Assembly: GCA_951406725.2 (NCBI GenBank)
Contig: OX597820.1
Span: 31,744,001 to 31,808,000, forward strand
Length of the DNA stretch: 64,000 nt
From: Octopus vulgaris
Lineage: Eukaryota
Direction of reading: 5' to 3'
The position numbers and the translations under genes were made by a program. Below the pieces are notes generated by a model that was given only the letters and a program-made list of their open reading frames with translations, made no database searches and was not told where the DNA came from. Every line of letters starts with the position of its first letter. Within the stretch, counting starts at the first letter, position 1. Shown piece by piece: positions 60,844 to 64,000 of this stretch.

Positions 60844-61137
60844 GTATATATATTTAAGTATGTGTCTTTGCGTTTGTGTTTGTCCCCCCATCACCGCTTG
60901 ACAACCGGTGTTGGTGCGTTGACGTCCCTGTAGCCTAGCGGTTCAACAAAAGATATCGGTAGAATAAGTACCAGGCTTTAAAAATAAGTGCTGGGGTCGA
61001 TTCATTCGACTAAAAATCCTTCAAGGCGGTGCCCCAGCATGGCCGCACTCTAATGAATGAAAGACGTAAAAGATAAAAGATAAAAGATAATATATATATA
61101 TGGCCACAGCTCATAAGCTGAAACTAGAATCAACAAT

Positions 61138-61248
<111 letters not shown>

Positions 61249-61261
61249 GTATATATATATG

Positions 61262-61301
<40 letters not shown>

Positions 61302-61416
61302 CATATATGTATGTATATATATGTATATATATATATGTATATATATATATGTACGAATTTGCCAAACACTCCATATATATATGTGAGTGTGTATGTTTAA
61401 ATAGTCACATACAAAC

Positions 61417-61489
<73 letters not shown>

Positions 61490-61559
61490 AACACATACAA
61501 ATATATTAAGAAAAAAAAAACTATAACGCCATAGCAGAAAGGCCTGGTATATTAGTTCT

Positions 61560-61960
61560 GCTTAATAAATGTGTGATTCTTGTTAAATATCTACACTTAA
61601 ATGGCGTTGATGAATTTCTATAAGAGTTATAATTGTCAATAGTGAAAAATCTCGATTTTGAAAGAGCTTTTAAAGTCTTCTCTGCAGATGAACTTCTGTA
61701 TTAAAAGAATCGATAGAATGAAACAAGCTCTAAGCAGTAATGATTATATAAACAAAGTAATAGGCCAACTCACATAACAATATAACCACAAATACTGCGT
61801 AAAATAATACGCTAGATAGACACTGCGTTCATAAAAAAAATATTCAGACCACACAACGTGTATTACATAAATAAAAAAGCTTGCTGATTATAAAAGAGAT
61901 GGAAATAGGAAAATAACTAACAAAACAAAAATTACTTGTAAACCATGAATTAACGTTAAT
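61560..61960 (+). mobile_element. Decayed PLE RT thumb-region remnant
   Basis: ERAFKVFS...IDRMKQALSSNDY resembles the PLE RAxxxCS...ELxxLxxxLxxNGY motif. Confidence 0.45.
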
Positions 61961-62523
61961 AATATACACGGGGCATCTAGGGAGTATCTACAATGTTGAT
62001 TAACCAACCAGCTAGAAATAGCTGCCAGATATTCATTAAGTCATACGCCATCCTCTTGGAAAAGGGCATACTGGACAAAGCGTTCTTGCGTTCCCTACAC
62101 GCTGTATGAGGACGTGTTTCCACACGACCACCCGGCCTGTTAGAAACAGCTGTGAAATTTCCCTCAAATCTCGTCAGATTGTTATGTATGATAGAAACAT
62201 AACTTACATATTGTAGTCTCGGGGAGCCGGGGGAAAGACACCGTGAATTAACAGCCTAAGTATATATATATTTTTTCTACTCTAGGCACAAGGTCCGAAA
62301 TTTTTTGGGAGGGAACCAGTCAATTAGATCGACCCCAGTACGCGACTGGGACTTAATTTATCGACTCCGGAAGGATGAAAAGCAAAGTCGACCTCAGCGG
62401 AATTTGAACTTAGAACACAAAGACAAACGAAATACAGTTAATCATTTCGCCCGGCGTGCTAACGTTTCTGCCAGCTCGCCGCCTTACAGCCTACGTATAT
62501 TGTCTCATCTATCTATCTGTCTG

Positions 62524-63189
<666 letters not shown>

Positions 63190-63263
63190 ATATCTATCTG
63201 TCTGTCTGTCTGTCTGTCTGTCTGTCAGTATATATCTCAGCTAACTTTGCTAATCGGTTTCAC

Positions 63264-63382
63264 AGTCGAAAATTCGAAAGTTCAGGGGGAAAACACAATC
63301 CTAGTCGAAAATTCGAAAGTTCAGGGGGAAAACACAATCCTAGTCGAAAATTCGAAAGTTCAGGGGGAAAACACAATCCTAG
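63264..63382. repeat. Perfect 39-bp tandem repeat, 3 copies
   Basis: agtcgaaaattcgaaagttcagggggaaaacacaatcct x3 with no spacers. Confidence 0.95.
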
Positions 63383-63938
63383 CCTTCATCAGAAAGGCTT
63401 GTGGGGAAGGGCACGGCGTCGGAACTTCTTAAACTACTCTTCCTACAACGCATTTAGACGAGCGCCAAGATTAGGTTTTCCCCCACAAACTCTCAGCTGC
63501 AAAACCGCTTGTGAGTTCAAGGTCGTTGTCACAACGACCTCGAATCCACAAGAGTAAAGAAAAACAGAGACAGGTAGAAACAAGGAAAATGCCCCTTGTA
63601 TCTGAATACTATGCAAATATTCGTTTAAAAAAATTTTCTTTTAATTTTTCCAAAATTCACTTGTTTTTCATACTTACAGTTGAAAAAGCCTCAATGACTG
63701 AAACCGGTACAAAAATGTTGTTTTATAAAATTATTTTAGCATTCTTTACCTTGACTTTTTTCCATATGTATATATACATATAGGAGTGCCTATGTGGTAA
63801 GTACCTTGCTTACCAACCACATGGTTCTGGGTTCAGTCCTACAGCGTGGCACCTTGGGCAAGTATCTTCTACTAAAGCCTCGGGCCGACCAAAGCCTTGT
63901 GAGTGAATTTGGTCGACGGAAACTGAAAGAAGCCCGTC

Positions 63939-64000
<62 letters not shown>

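Noticed and set aside
63264-63382. 39-bp repeats resembling a CRISPR array
   Set aside because: No spacers, no cas genes, and a eukaryotic context.

Overview
AT-rich, microsatellite-dense eukaryotic intergenic or intronic DNA. The SINE families look like those of Octopus (inference from recognition, not a database result). No intact host gene is supported, and almost all ORFs in the track are microsatellite translations or transposon remnants. The window contains: (i) two dense, co-oriented trains of R4/Dong-clade site-specific LINEs (RT + CCHC + PD-(D/E)xK endonuclease) from at least 5 families, chained through (TAA)n tracts at 24.8-30.7 kb and 34.7-39.8 kb, plus a 558-bp ORF-less TAA-bounded element; (ii) Penelope-like element (PLE) remnants of two clades, and several unrelated small non-coding elements in or beside (TA)n that each carry a type I hammerhead ribozyme motif, some in palindromic or pseudo-LTR arrangements and some with non-canonical core bases; (iii) RTE, RTEX-like, Tx1/L1 and CR1 LINE fragments; (iv) three tRNA-derived SINE families, one carrying an HDV/CPEB3-like pseudoknot at its head-body junction; (v) maT (DD37D), hAT and Helitron-like DNA transposons. 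The most interesting signals are the hammerhead mini-retroelements, the HDV-like fold in a SINE, and the TAA-chained R4 train.
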